DNA of 64,000 nt, from positions 121 to 64,120 of the forward strand of contig DAHXOO010000008.1 of the NCBI GenBank assembly GCA_027364845.1, written 5' to 3'. This DNA comes from Pseudomonadota bacterium (lineage in GTDB: Bacteria; Pseudomonadota; Gammaproteobacteria; Acidiferrobacterales; UBA6901). The notes under the pieces were generated by a model, which was not told the origin of the DNA, did not search any database, and saw nothing but the letters and a program-made list of their open reading frames with translations. Positions 45,465 to 55,805 of the stretch are shown here, one piece after another; within the stretch, counting starts at the first letter, position 1, and every line of letters starts with the position of its first letter. The translations under genes were made by a program, and so were the position numbers.

Positions 45465-46859
45465 ATGCAATTGACCGGCAACTATCTGGCGCTTGCCTAC
45501 CTCGTTTCCGCGACGCTGTTCATATTGGGTCTAAAAAGCCTCACTCATCCGGCAAGCGCTCGGCGCGGGAACTACTATGCGATGTTCGGCATGCTGTTGG
45601 CGATTGCGGCCACCGCGTTCAATCCTGCTATCCGTTCATATGATTTCATCGTCGCCGGGATCGTGCTCGGGGCAGCGATCGGCACTCTGATAGCACTTAA
45701 AATCCGGATGACTGCAATGCCACAGCTGGTTGCTGCACTGCACAGCTTCGTCGGTCTTACTGCAGTCCTGGTGGCGGTGGGCACCTACCTCACGCACCGC
45801 GCCCAGGGCACGCTGAATACAGTACTGATGGCAGAGCTGTTCGTCGGCGCATTCATCGGTGCCATCACCTTCACCGGCTCGCTGGTGGCCTTCGGCAAGC
45901 TGCAGGGCATCATCACCGGCAGGCCGCTCATCTTCGCAGGGCAGCATATTCTCAATATGATGATTGCCCTAGTGATGTTAGGTTTCGGTGTCGATTTTCT
46001 CCTGCACAACCAGTTCGGCGCGCTTCTCATACTGATCGCGCTGGCGCTGACGCTCGGCGTCCTGCTGATCGTTCCAATCGGTGGCGCCGACATGCCTGTG
46101 GTAGTGTCCATGCTGAATTCCTATTCCGGCTGGGCGGCAGCCGCCACTGGTTTCACCCTAGGCAACAACCTGCTTATCATTACCGGAGCGCTCGTGGGTT
46201 TCTCAGGAGCCATCCTGTCATACATCATGTCGAAGGCCATGAATCGGTCCATCGGCAGCATCATCCTGGGCGGCTTCGGAGGCGGCGAAAGCACAGCCGG
46301 CACGGGGGCAGTCACGGCCGCCGCCAAGGGCATCAAGACCGCTGCGGTTGAAGACGCGGTATTTTTGATGGCCAACGCAAGCAAGGTTATTATCGTTCCC
46401 GGCTACGGAATGGCCGTAGCCCAGGCGCAGCATGCTCTTAAGGAACTCGTGGATATACTGGAGAGCAAGGGCGTCACGGTCCACTTCGCGATCCATCCTG
46501 TTGCAGGCAGGATGCCGGGCCACATGAATGTGCTACTCGCCGAGGCGGACGTTCCATACGACCATGTTTTCGAGATGGAAGAGATCAATCCTGAGTTCAC
46601 CACCGCCGACGTCGCACTTGTGGTCGGGGCCAACGACGTGACTAATCCGGCGGCCAAGAGCGACAAATCGAGTCCGATCTACGGGATGCCTATCCTCGAC
46701 GTTTATAAGGCACGCCAGATATTCTTCATCAAGCGCAGCATGAACCCCGGCTACTCCGGGGTGGAAAACCAGTTGTTCTACCAGGATAACTGTTCGCTTG
46801 TTTTTGGTGATGCCAAAAAGGTCTGTGAAAAAATGGTGGTGGAGCTGAAGGCTGCCTGA
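45465..46859 (+). CDS. pntB: NAD(P) transhydrogenase subunit beta
   Basis: 464 aa with an N-terminal membrane domain and a C-terminal NADP(H) domain (PGYGMAVAQAQH, HPVAGRMPGHMNVLLAEA, GANDVTNP). Confidence 0.95.
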   Translation: MQLTGNYLALAYLVSATLFILGLKSLTHPASARRGNYYAMFGMLLAIAATAFNPAIRSYDFIVAGIVLGAAIGTLIALKIRMTAMPQLVAALHSFVGLTAVLVAVGTYLTHRAQGTLNTVLMAELFVGAFIGAITFTGSLVAFGKLQGIITGRPLIFAGQHILNMMIALVMLGFGVDFLLHNQFGALLILIALALTLGVLLIVPIGGADMPVVVSMLNSYSGWAAAATGFTLGNNLLIITGALVGFSGAILSYIMSKAMNRSIGSIILGGFGGGESTAGTGAVTAAAKGIKTAAVEDAVFLMANASKVIIVPGYGMAVAQAQHALKELVDILESKGVTVHFAIHPVAGRMPGHMNVLLAEADVPYDHVFEMEEINPEFTTADVALVVGANDVTNPAAKSDKSSPIYGMPILDVYKARQIFFIKRSMNPGYSGVENQLFYQDNCSLVFGDAKKVCEKMVVELKAA

Positions 46860-46904
46860 GGGACAACCCTCGGCTACCCAACACCTACGCGGCCGCTTAA
46901 CGCT

Positions 46905-47606
46905 CTAGCTGGAACGCCGGAAGATCAACTCCCATACGCCGTGTCCGAGCCGCTGCCCGCGGCGCTCGAACTTGGTGAAGGGACGGTACTGGGGACGCGG
47001 CGCGTAACAGCCCGGACCAGCACTGTTCTCGAAACCCGATGCCTGGGTCATTATGGCCATCATGTGCTGCGCATAGGGTTCCCAGTCGGTCGCCATGTGC
47101 AAATAACCACCGACGACAATCTTGCAACGCAAGATCTCCACGAACTCCGACTGCACTAGGCGCCGCTTATGGTGACGGGTCTTCGGCCAGGGATCCGGAA
47201 AGAACAGATGCACACCATACAGCCGTGCGTCTTGGATCTTGTTCACCAGAACGGAGCCCGCGTCGTCGCATATCACCCGTACGTTCGCGATGTCTTGCGC
47301 TTCGAGTGTCCGCAGTAGACGGCCGACTCCCGGGCGGTGGATTTCCACTCCCAGATAGTCCTGCTCTGAATGAGACGCCGCCATGGCGCACAGGGATTGT
47401 CCATCGCCAAAACCGATCTCAAGAATCACCGGCGCTTGGCGGCCGAAAATCGCGCCAAAATCGAGCTGTGCGTCGCTTTCCGCCACGCCGAAGCGTGGCC
47501 ACAGCTCTGCCAGCGCGCGGCGCTGAGCCACCGTGATGCGGCCCTCGCGGCGCACGTAGCTGCGGATTTGGCGCAATGGCCCATGCGGCGCACGCACGCC
47601 GCTCAT
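46905..47606 (-). CDS. trmB: tRNA (guanine46-N7)-methyltransferase
   Basis: LEIGFGDGQSL, FFPDPWPK.RHHKRR and ATDWEPY motifs. GAGGAG SD lies before ATG 47606. Confidence 0.9.
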   Translation of the reverse strand: MSGVRAPHGPLRQIRSYVRREGRITVAQRRALAELWPRFGVAESDAQLDFGAIFGRQAPVILEIGFGDGQSLCAMAASHSEQDYLGVEIHRPGVGRLLRTLEAQDIANVRVICDDAGSVLVNKIQDARLYGVHLFFPDPWPKTRHHKRRLVQSEFVEILRCKIVVGGYLHMATDWEPYAQHMMAIMTQASGFENSAGPGCYAPRPQYRPFTKFERRGQRLGHGVWELIFRRSS

Positions 47607-47655
47607 CGTGAACTCCTCAAGCCGAGGGGGCCCGGGACGCTCAGAAACAGGAGGC

Positions 47656-48474
47656 CTAGAAGAAACTGCCGTCGACAGGCGATGAGGCCGTGGCATAAGG
47701 CTTGCGCGGCATACGCCCGGCGAGATAAGCGTCGCGTCCGGCCTCTACCGCCTTTTTCATGGCCGCCGCCATAAGCACTGGATTCCTTGCCGCGGCAATG
47801 GCGGTATTCATCAGGACGCCATCGCAGCCAAGCTCCATGGCTACCGCGGCATCACTCGCAGTACCGACCCCTGCATCCACCAGAATCGGGACCCGCGCGT
47901 TTTCAACGATGAGGCGGATATTGTACGGATTGCGAATGCCGAGACCGGATCCTATCGGTGCGGCCAGCGGCATGACTGCCACGCATCCGAGCTCTTCGAA
48001 GCGTTTGGCCATTACCGGATCGTCTGTGGTGTAAACCATCACCTTGAAGCCTTCTTTCACGAGCGTTTCCGCAGCGCTCAGTGTCTTGGGGATGTCCGGA
48101 AACAGCGTCTTCTCATCGCCCAACACCTCCAGCTTGACCAGATCGTGCCCGTCGAGCAGTTCGCGCGCCAGCCGGCAAGTGCGCACGGCATCTTCAGCGC
48201 TGTAGCAGCCCGCCGTATTGGGTAGCAGCGTATAAATTTTCGGAGACAAGATCTCAAGAAGATTCGGCTCCTTCGGGTTCTGGCCGATGTTGGTGCGGCG
48301 TATTGCAACCGTCACGATCTCGGCACCGCTTGCCTCGACGGCACGGCGTGTCTCCTCCAGATCCCGGTACTTGCCGGTACCCACGAGCAGCCGCGAACGA
48401 TATTCTTGCCCGGCAATGGTCAGAACATCGCGCACGCCGGTCTCCTCACTGGATTTTGATGCCGGGGCCGTCAT
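47656..48474 (-). CDS. thiG: thiazole synthase
   Basis: [16 protein letters not shown] and [13 protein letters not shown] motifs. Its start overlaps the thiS stop by 1 nt. Confidence 0.93.
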   Translation of the reverse strand: MTAPASKSSEETGVRDVLTIAGQEYRSRLLVGTGKYRDLEETRRAVEASGAEIVTVAIRRTNIGQNPKEPNLLEILSPKIYTLLPNTAGCYSAEDAVRTCRLARELLDGHDLVKLEVLGDEKTLFPDIPKTLSAAETLVKEGFKVMVYTTDDPVMAKRFEELGCVAVMPLAAPIGSGLGIRNPYNIRLIVENARVPILVDAGVGTASDAAVAMELGCDGVLMNTAIAAARNPVLMAAAMKKAVEAGRDAYLAGRMPRKPYATASSPVDGSFF

Positions 48475-48674
48475 CAGCCACCCCCTATTGCGACCACCAC
48501 TTCCACCCGGTCGTTGTCGTTCAGAACGTGTCCAGCATGCTGGCTGCGTGGCACGATCTCACAATTGATCTCAACTGCAACACGCTTGTCCGCCAGGCCC
48601 AGTTCGTGCAGCAATGAAGCCACGCTGGGCGCGGCATTCATGGTCTTTTCACTACCATTCAGCAGGATCTTCAT
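48474..48674 (-). CDS. thiS: sulfur carrier protein ThiS
   Basis: 66 aa, MKILLNG..., ending in the ubiquitin-like ...VVVAIGGG. Good SD (GGAAGGGAG). Confidence 0.88.
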   Translation of the reverse strand: MKILLNGSEKTMNAAPSVASLLHELGLADKRVAVEINCEIVPRSQHAGHVLNDNDRVEVVVAIGGG

Positions 48675-48781
48675 ACTCCCTTCCGTGGGCACGGCAGAAC
48701 CGCACCCTACTCAAAACATGAGAAACTTTGGTATGCTATTCTATCGCTGGCGGACCGAAAATGCAGCTGGCTCCGCTGCTG

Positions 48782-48855
48782 GCGGGTGTAGTTCAATGGT
48801 AGAATGAAAGCTTCCCAAGCTTTAGACGTGGGTTCGATTCCCATCACCCGCTCCA
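48782..48855 (+). tRNA. tRNA-Gly (anticodon CCC)
   Basis: Manual cloverleaf: acceptor GCGGGTG/CACCCGC, anticodon arm AAAGC-TTCCCAA-GCTTT, T arm GTGGG-TTCGATT-CCCAT, encoded CCA. 74 nt. Confidence 0.92.
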
Positions 48856-48945
48856 TCCTTCGTGCCAGCGCTGCGACCTGGACCGGCGTCCCAGCGGTTC
48901 AACTGTCTTCCCGAAAAAATGCGGTTTCTAGGACTAGGGGGAAGT

Positions 48946-50880
48946 GTGAAAAAAACACTTAAAGTTGTCGGCATCGTGTTCGGGATCTTGATTGTCCTGA
49001 TCATCGTCGGCGCGGTTATCGTGTCGCTGACGTTCAATCCGAACCGTTACAAGGGCGAAATCACGCGTCTCGTGAAGGAACAGACTGGACGCACGCTCAC
49101 CATAGGCGGAAACATCTCGCTCTCTTTCTTTCCCTGGATAGGTGCCGAAGTCAGGTCAGTGTCGCTTTCCAACGCACCCGGGTTCGGCAGCCAGCCGTTT
49201 GCCAAGGTCTCGGAATTGGGCATCAAGGTCAAGCTTTTGCCACTGCTGCGCAAGAAGGTGGAAGTGGACCAGATCATCGTCGACGGCCTCATGCTCAATC
49301 TGGCGAAGGATCGCGCCGGACGTGGAAACTGGCAAGGACTTGCGGGCCAAGGAAAACCTAAGTCTACAGCAGCAGGACCGCCGTCGGTGTCACCGATTGC
49401 AGGTCTGCTCGTCAGCGGTGTCGACGTAAAAAATAGCGAGCTCGTGTGGAACGACGAGCAAAGCGGAAAGCGTTATACGATCCGTAATCTCGACTTCCAG
49501 ACCGGCCAAATTAGTCCCGGGCGCATGACTGACGTGAGCCTCGGCTTCGATCTCAACTCCAGCAGTCCGTCACTCCATACACGCGTGACCCTCAAGGCCC
49601 GGCTTGCCGTCGATCCCGAGAAACAGACGCTGGACTCGCCGTCGGCGTCACTTGAGGCGGCCGGGGTACAAGTCAGACTCATCGACCTTAAAGGCACAAA
49701 GATTCTTGATGCCCCGTCGTTCAGCGGCAAGCTGGATATACCGACCTTCGACGCGCGCGCGCTTTTGGCCCGCCTCGGGATCCAATACGAGCCAAGCGAC
49801 AAGCGTGCCCTAACTAAAGTCGCATTTCGCGGGCCGTTCAGTGCGTCGGCCGCAGCGGTCAGGCTCGGAAATTTCCACCTTGATCTGGATGACAGCGCGC
49901 TGAGCGGTTCATTCGCGCTGGCCAATTTTGCCCACCCCGCTTACCGCTTCAACCTCAGCGTGGACAAATTCGATCTCGATCACTACCTGCCGCGCCCCTC
50001 GACGCCTGCCCCAAAACAGAACACACCGAGCACATCCGGGGCACGGCCGGTTGTGGTTCTGCCACTGGCTGGGTTGCGCACGCTCGACGTAAACGGCATC
50101 GTGCAGGTGCACAAACTCACCGCTACGGGCATCCACTCGAGCGACATCAGTGCCAGTATTCTCGCCAAGAATGGGTTGATCGTGCTGAGTCCGCTACAGG
50201 CGAAACTCTATGGTGGCAGCTACAGAGGCACATTCAGGATCGACGCACGCAGCCGCGTCCCTTCTTTTGCTATGGACGAGAAACTCCAAGGCGTGCAGGT
50301 CGGTCCACTGCTCAGCGACATGCAGGCCTTCAGCCATTTCACGGGAACCGGCAACCTGGCATTCAATCTCGACGCGCACGGACTGACCGCCCAACAAATT
50401 ACTTCGAGCCTTAATGGCCGCGGCTCGTTCTCGCTGCGTAACGGCAAAATAGAAGGGGTAGATTTCCTCAAGATCATCAACCAGACGCGTGCGATCGCTG
50501 AACAGATGCGCGGCAAGTCGGTGGGCGCACAGACCTCCGGCTCCGACAGCACGGTGTTTACCAGCCTTGCTGGAACGGTGCGGGTCGTAAACGGCATCGT
50601 GCGGAACAATGATCTTGTGCTTGATTCTCCAGCGCTCGGTGGGACCGGCAGCGGCAACGCTAACCTGGTGGCGCAGAGCCTGGATTACACGCTCCGCGTG
50701 ACGATAGACCGGGACAATTCGGCGAAACGGATCACGGTACCGGTAGTGATCCGAGGTCCTTTCAGCGCTTTGAGGTACAGCGTCGACTGGAGCGATATTG
50801 TCAAACAGCAGGCGGAGAAGGCGCTAAAGAAAGAACTCAAGAACCAGCTGAATGAGGGCCTGCAACGACTGCTGCGGTAG
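48946..50880 (+). CDS. AsmA-family outer-membrane biogenesis protein
   Basis: N-terminal TM anchor KKTLKVVGIVFGILIVLIIVGAVIV, a long beta-rich periplasmic body, and a C-terminal AsmA_2-like region. The start could also be ATG 48919. Confidence 0.8.
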   Translation: MKKTLKVVGIVFGILIVLIIVGAVIVSLTFNPNRYKGEITRLVKEQTGRTLTIGGNISLSFFPWIGAEVRSVSLSNAPGFGSQPFAKVSELGIKVKLLPLLRKKVEVDQIIVDGLMLNLAKDRAGRGNWQGLAGQGKPKSTAAGPPSVSPIAGLLVSGVDVKNSELVWNDEQSGKRYTIRNLDFQTGQISPGRMTDVSLGFDLNSSSPSLHTRVTLKARLAVDPEKQTLDSPSASLEAAGVQVRLIDLKGTKILDAPSFSGKLDIPTFDARALLARLGIQYEPSDKRALTKVAFRGPFSASAAAVRLGNFHLDLDDSALSGSFALANFAHPAYRFNLSVDKFDLDHYLPRPSTPAPKQNTPSTSGARPVVVLPLAGLRTLDVNGIVQVHKLTATGIHSSDISASILAKNGLIVLSPLQAKLYGGSYRGTFRIDARSRVPSFAMDEKLQGVQVGPLLSDMQAFSHFTGTGNLAFNLDAHGLTAQQITSSLNGRGSFSLRNGKIEGVDFLKIINQTRAIAEQMRGKSVGAQTSGSDSTVFTSLAGTVRVVNGIVRNNDLVLDSPALGGTGSGNANLVAQSLDYTLRVTIDRDNSAKRITVPVVIRGPFSALRYSVDWSDIVKQQAEKALKKELKNQLNEGLQRLLR

Positions 50881-51234
50881 TTTGCGCACTTCTAGCGACA
50901 CAACCGGCACCTGCGGTTGGCCGACCGAAGCCATGGCGGGAAATTCCCGTTCTGCACGGGGCAGTGTTCAATTGCGCACCGATGACCGATTACCGGGGGC
51001 CTGGTTGCCTGCTTTTCTGATCAGGACGGGCAGCGTGCTTGCGTTGGCTTCCGTGGGGCTGCGATCGGATCACGTCAGCGCTTGCCTTGGACAGGCTAAA
51101 CTTGTGTTCCGGCAAGCGACGGAATGCAGTTTAAATCGACGTTCGGTGCCAGATGGCTCACCATGCCAAACGATGGCAATCAGCAGGCAGTACGGGGAAT
51201 TGCGCACCAGCATCTCCCCAACAGATCCCGGTTC

Positions 51235-52293
51235 ATGAACGTGGAACAGAACTTAAGCGCGGTCCTTTTGGACTGGTTCGACTGCAATGGACGCAAGGAT
51301 CTTCCGTGGCAGGGGACCCGAGACCCATATGTTATCTGGGTCTCGGAAATCATGCTGCAGCAGACGCAGGTTGCCACGGTGATCCCCTATTTCCGGCGCT
51401 TCCTGGAGCGATTTCCCGATATCCAGACACTGGCATGCGGCTCCATCGACGAGGTCCTGCATCTATGGACTGGCCTTGGCTATTACGCACGGGGGCGCAA
51501 TCTGCACCGCGCGGCTCGGGCCATCGTCGACCAGCATGGAGGGTCTTTTCCGCATGCGTTCGAAGCGGTTTGCGCATTGCCTGGCATCGGACGGTCCACC
51601 GCAGGAGCCATTTTGGCCTTCGCCTACGGACAGCGTCACCCGATTCTGGACGGCAACGTGAAACGGGTGCTGGCGCGCTACCATGGCGTTAACGGCTCGC
51701 CGGGCGCCCGCGCGGTAGAACAGCAGCTTTGGACTCTCTCCGAGAAACATGTGCCACACGCACGCATCGAAGACTACACCCAGGCGATCATGGATCTTGG
51801 TGCGACGGTCTGCCGGCGGACGCGACCCGCCTGTACATCCTGCCCGCTCGGCAGCGGCTGCGTGGCCTGTAAGCAGGGGAATCCGGAGGCCTATCCGGGA
51901 GGGGCACAGCACCGGTTCCTGCCAGTCAAACAGGTCCACATGATCCTGTTACGCGATTGCCAGGACCGGGTTTTGCTGCAGCAACGCCCACCATCCGGAA
52001 TCTGGGGTGGATTATGGGGATTTCCCGAGTGCGGCCCTGGTGACGATGCCGGCACGTGGTGCCGCACCGCCTATGGCTTCGAAATCGCGCTTGATGCACC
52101 GTGGCCAGCACTACGACACCGTTTCACCCACTTCCAGCTCGACATCACGCCCATTCCCGCACGCCTCTTGGGGTCAAGCACGAAGGTCATGGAGATCGCG
52201 AACACAGTTTGGTATAACGTCCATCAACCGGATGCGCGCGGTCTGGCCATGCCGGTCAAGCGATTACTGCAGCAATTGAGGAACCTCTCGTGA
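51235..52293 (+). CDS. mutY: A/G-specific adenine DNA glycosylase
   Basis: LPWQGTRDPYVIWVSEIMLQQTQV, HhH GIGRSTAGAI, the 4Fe-4S cysteines CRRTRPACTSCPLGSGC, and a NUDIX-like C domain. Confidence 0.93.
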   Translation: MNVEQNLSAVLLDWFDCNGRKDLPWQGTRDPYVIWVSEIMLQQTQVATVIPYFRRFLERFPDIQTLACGSIDEVLHLWTGLGYYARGRNLHRAARAIVDQHGGSFPHAFEAVCALPGIGRSTAGAILAFAYGQRHPILDGNVKRVLARYHGVNGSPGARAVEQQLWTLSEKHVPHARIEDYTQAIMDLGATVCRRTRPACTSCPLGSGCVACKQGNPEAYPGGAQHRFLPVKQVHMILLRDCQDRVLLQQRPPSGIWGGLWGFPECGPGDDAGTWCRTAYGFEIALDAPWPALRHRFTHFQLDITPIPARLLGSSTKVMEIANTVWYNVHQPDARGLAMPVKRLLQQLRNLS

Positions 52294-52568
52294 CCCGCAT
52301 GGTGAAATGTGTGAAGCTCGGTAAGGAAGCGCCGGGTCTGGATTACCCCACTTACCCAGGGGACCTGGGCAAGAAGGTCTTCGAAAACGTTTCGAAGGAA
52401 GCGTGGCAGCTGTGGCTGAACCATCAGACAATGCTGATCAACGAGTACCGCATCAGCCCGCTTGACCTCAAGGCTCGCAAGTTTATCGAAGGCGAGATGG
52501 ATAAATTCTTTTTCGGTGAAGGTTCGCAGGTACCCGAAGGCTTCCAACCTCCATCCAGCAAAAAGTAG
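52290..52568 (+). CDS. yggX: Fe(2+)-trafficking / oxidative-damage protection protein YggX
   Basis: MTRMVKCVKLGKEAPGLDYPTYPGDLGKKVFENVSKEAW..W..HQTMLINE. GTGA overlap with mutY, the classic mutY-yggX pair. Confidence 0.9.
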   Translation: MTRMVKCVKLGKEAPGLDYPTYPGDLGKKVFENVSKEAWQLWLNHQTMLINEYRISPLDLKARKFIEGEMDKFFFGEGSQVPEGFQPPSSKK

Positions 52569-52892
52569 GCCACAGAACGCGCGCGCCGTCAGATCACAGC
52601 TCCGCGAAAACAGGCAGAGCCGTAGTCGACGCAGATCCTTCAAGGAAACCCGCACCACGGTGGACCGCCCCACGGCGCTCGCTACCGGCCTCGACGTAGG
52701 CGGTGTGCTGCCCGCCACGTTGAGCAGTCTTTGTCCGCTTGGCCCTTCTTTCGGAAGTTCATAGATAAGAATATGTTCGTGCGGGCCACCAGTGGCCGAC
52801 TGCGCAGTCCAGGGCGCACCGGGCCGTTGGAAAGTCACGGCCACTGACGGCACGTGGGTCGCGAAAACCAGATGGCAGCACCCGGGGGGATG

Positions 52893-53786
52893 TCAAATAG
52901 ACCGTCCACGCCCCCGCGCCAACCACGGTGCGGTAATGTCATAATGTCCGCGTATACGGTCAGCAAAAGCATGCGCGTCGGCCTTGCTGCCGAAGCCTTT
53001 AATCCGAAGTCGAAAGAAGGTTCTTCCGTTGATGCGAGCGCTGCTCAGCTTCACAGGATAGCCGGCAGTTACAAGGCGACGTTGCATGGGATACAGGTCG
53101 CGTCGCCGTGTTTGGGCAACCAATTGCACAATCCAAACACCATTGGGAACTGTGAGGCCCTGTCCCGACGTGACCTCGGTCTGTGCCGACCAGACCTTGA
53201 GTCTTTGCGGATCGACGGGTCGTACCAGTTCTGGCTGCAAAGCCCGTGGAATCCGAAAAACCGTCATGGGCTTGTCCATGTCCAGCCGTCCTGCCGCAGG
53301 ATTGCGAACGGTGACGTGGCCTCGGATGAGGCAGAAGATCGCGGAATGCCGGCCCACGCGGCCCCAGATATTGCCCCTGCGGATGCGGATGTTAGTCCCT
53401 CCCAGATTCATGCTGACGTCGTGCGGAAGGTAACCCTTGGCCGGCATGGTCGTAAAACTGAACGCACCGCGGCGAACTACCAGCATGATTCGGGACAGCG
53501 TTTTCGATTCGCTGGACATACCGGCCTTGGCGAGCGTAATACGTGCCTGCTCGCCCAGCTTCAGCACGCCACCGTCAGCGAACTGCACCAGGACACGCGC
53601 GGCAATACCGGTACGTATCACCTCATCCTGAGTCAGCACCATGCCGGCTTCTAGTGGCCGCTGCCGGCCATCGCCTTTCACCCATGCTGGCATCTGTAGC
53701 GCCACCACCTCGGCAATGGGCGCGGCAACTGCCGGAAATACCGCTAGGATGCCGACACTCAAGGCGAGCGCTCGAATGCAGTTCAT
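52893..53786 (-). CDS. secreted FecR-domain protein with C-terminal SPOR (peptidoglycan-binding) domain
   Basis: Signal peptide (AVFPAVAA), a FecR-like block (LEAGMVLTQDEVIRTGIAARVLVQFADGGVLKLGEQARITL), and a SPOR-like C-terminus (WIVQLVAQ...FFRLRIKGFGSKADAHAFADRI). Confidence 0.65.
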   Translation of the reverse strand: MNCIRALALSVGILAVFPAVAAPIAEVVALQMPAWVKGDGRQRPLEAGMVLTQDEVIRTGIAARVLVQFADGGVLKLGEQARITLAKAGMSSESKTLSRIMLVVRRGAFSFTTMPAKGYLPHDVSMNLGGTNIRIRRGNIWGRVGRHSAIFCLIRGHVTVRNPAAGRLDMDKPMTVFRIPRALQPELVRPVDPQRLKVWSAQTEVTSGQGLTVPNGVWIVQLVAQTRRRDLYPMQRRLVTAGYPVKLSSARINGRTFFRLRIKGFGSKADAHAFADRIRGHYDITAPWLARGRGRSI

Positions 53787-54090
53787 GACCCATCCCCTTC
53801 AGTCGGTTCGCTCGTGGCCGGTTTACCGCAAAGAACGATCCCTGACAAGTGCGACTGCGCAGTCGCGGCAGCTATCAACGCCGGAGACAGCCGACAGATG
53901 TTATAAAAGAGCGGAATATGTAAGGTCAAGTAGGTGCGAAATCGGTCGGATGCAGAAACAAAACCAGATGAACAGGTGGCCCAGAACCCACATCCGCGGG
54001 ACACAGATGGCAACGCAGCCGCATGGCAGTGGATTGAAATCGCAACGGTGCCTATCCTGCGATAGGCCGCGGCATCCGACCGGGCGGCGG

Positions 54091-55479
54091 CTAAAAACTT
54101 TGCAACTGCTGCTCGGTAGGCTCGGCACAGCAGTACCAGGGCTCGGACATGTGCGGAATCTCCTGTCCGAGACCGCCGGCAGGCAGATCGGGGGTGATTT
54201 CGCCTGAAGCGTCGTGTGCTATGTGCCAAATGCGAGTGAATAGCTCCATCCTCGCCAGCCCGAGACGCTCACCCTCCGCTACCACGGCCTGGATCTCGCG
54301 TTGCAACGCATCGACGCGCTCATCCGGGCTTTTCCACGAATAACTCAGTATACGTGCATCAAAAGAACCGAGTTTTTCACGGAAGCCGGGCAATTCGAGC
54401 AAATAGGAGCCCTCGGGAACTAAAAGACGGATGGCAAGCTGGATCGCTGGTACGCTCTCGACCAACCGCAGCTCGACAAGGCGCCGCAGCAGATCAAGAT
54501 AGCCTTGCAAGGTGGTCCACGGCGTAAAGGGGACGAAGGTTGGCGCGAACGCGATGCCGGCAGCACGCACCAGCGCTACCACATTATTGAAATCGTGGCT
54601 CGTGTGATTCTTGGCTAGATATTCCAGAATCCTGTCGTCGACCGATTCCGCCGCACTCGTAATGAAAAGACAGCCCGTTTCCTTGAGCACCGGTATAAGC
54701 TCAGCGTGCTCAATCAGATGCTGAATTTTGATCGTGATGTCGTAGGTGATCTGCGGAAACTCGGTATGCAACGCCCGCACAATTCTAAGCGCATGGGTCG
54801 GACCGTTGAAAAAATCCGGGTCTCCAAACGAAATGTGCTGCGCGCCCGCCGCGATCTGCTGGCGCGTATCTGCCATCACCATGTCAGCCGGCACGATTCG
54901 AAAACGTCCTTCGTACACGGGGACCACCGGACAGTGGCGGCACAGATGCTTGCAACCGCGGCTCGCATCGACAAACCCGACCATCCTATTGCCGGCACCC
55001 GGAACCCGGATATGGGCATAACGGCCTAGCGGCGGCAGTCCAGCGCGGTCAGGCAGGAGGAATTCAATTTTGGAAAGATTCACCACCGGTTCCGACTGGA
55101 TTCGGCCGTCTCCGGCTCTAATCCGCTGCACCAGGGATTTTAGCCCCGGCTCAAATTCTCCTCCGAAGATCGCATCCACTCCCAGTGCACGCAGGAAATC
55201 CGCGTTCATTGGCGCATAGAGGCCGTAAACACACAGACGTGCCTGGGGCGCCATTGCACGAATACGCGGGATCGCTTGCGTGGCGATGCGCGTGGCAGTG
55301 TGCATACCGACATAGATTGCGACTAATTCCGCGTCGGCGATTACGGCAGCATCGAGCTTCTGTAACGACAGGTCAAGGCAGTGTACCGTACAACCCTCGC
55401 GCGCAAGCCAAGCAGCGGGGTGCGCCAGACCGAATGGCTGGCGGCCGAGTTCGTAAGGACTGATCAGGACAACTTTCAT
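54091..55479 (-). CDS. B12-binding-domain radical SAM protein with CCAEP C-terminal tail
   Basis: N-terminal cobalamin-binding-like domain, the radical SAM cluster motif CKHLCRHC (CxxxCxxC), and a C-terminus ending ...EPWYCCAEPTEQQLQSF. Confidence 0.8.
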   Translation of the reverse strand: MKVVLISPYELGRQPFGLAHPAAWLAREGCTVHCLDLSLQKLDAAVIADAELVAIYVGMHTATRIATQAIPRIRAMAPQARLCVYGLYAPMNADFLRALGVDAIFGGEFEPGLKSLVQRIRAGDGRIQSEPVVNLSKIEFLLPDRAGLPPLGRYAHIRVPGAGNRMVGFVDASRGCKHLCRHCPVVPVYEGRFRIVPADMVMADTRQQIAAGAQHISFGDPDFFNGPTHALRIVRALHTEFPQITYDITIKIQHLIEHAELIPVLKETGCLFITSAAESVDDRILEYLAKNHTSHDFNNVVALVRAAGIAFAPTFVPFTPWTTLQGYLDLLRRLVELRLVESVPAIQLAIRLLVPEGSYLLELPGFREKLGSFDARILSYSWKSPDERVDALQREIQAVVAEGERLGLARMELFTRIWHIAHDASGEITPDLPAGGLGQEIPHMSEPWYCCAEPTEQQLQSF

Positions 55480-55805
55480 TTCCCTAAAAAGAACCGAAGC
55501 AGACTACGAACAAGGGAATGCGTGGGGGCAACAGCGAGCAACACAGGCTTGCCACATGCGCTGCCATTGTAACTCGATATGGGCGAGACCAGCTATTGCG
55601 GTGTTGACAATTAACCGGATCAATCACACGGATACTACACTGTCCCCACCATCGGCTCCTGCGGGCGATCCATTCGAAGTTTTACGGAGACCACAAGGAG
55701 ATCGGCTGCGCCGCAGTCTTTCGCAGCAGGTATCGGTGACATCGTCAACTGCCCGGGATCAGACCCTATGGCCGGCACCTTGGTAAGTTTGCGCCCACGA
55801 CAAGT

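Noticed and set aside
48675-48781. Looked for a TPP (THI-box) riboswitch upstream of thiS on the minus strand.
   Set aside because: GCCAGCG and GGGTGC strings occur but in the wrong order, and the CUGAGA core is absent. No THI-box fold can be drawn, so thiSG regulation here remains unknown.
52224-52853. 209-aa minus-strand ORF overlapping yggX and the mutY 3' end.
   Set aside because: It is antisense to the strongly supported yggX gene, and I recognise no motifs in it.
53851-53866. Perfect 16-nt palindrome GCGACTGCGCAGTCGC upstream of the FecR-SPOR gene.
   Set aside because: It could be an operator or a terminator remnant. There is no U-tract, no second copy and no known binding consensus, so it cannot be interpreted from sequence alone.
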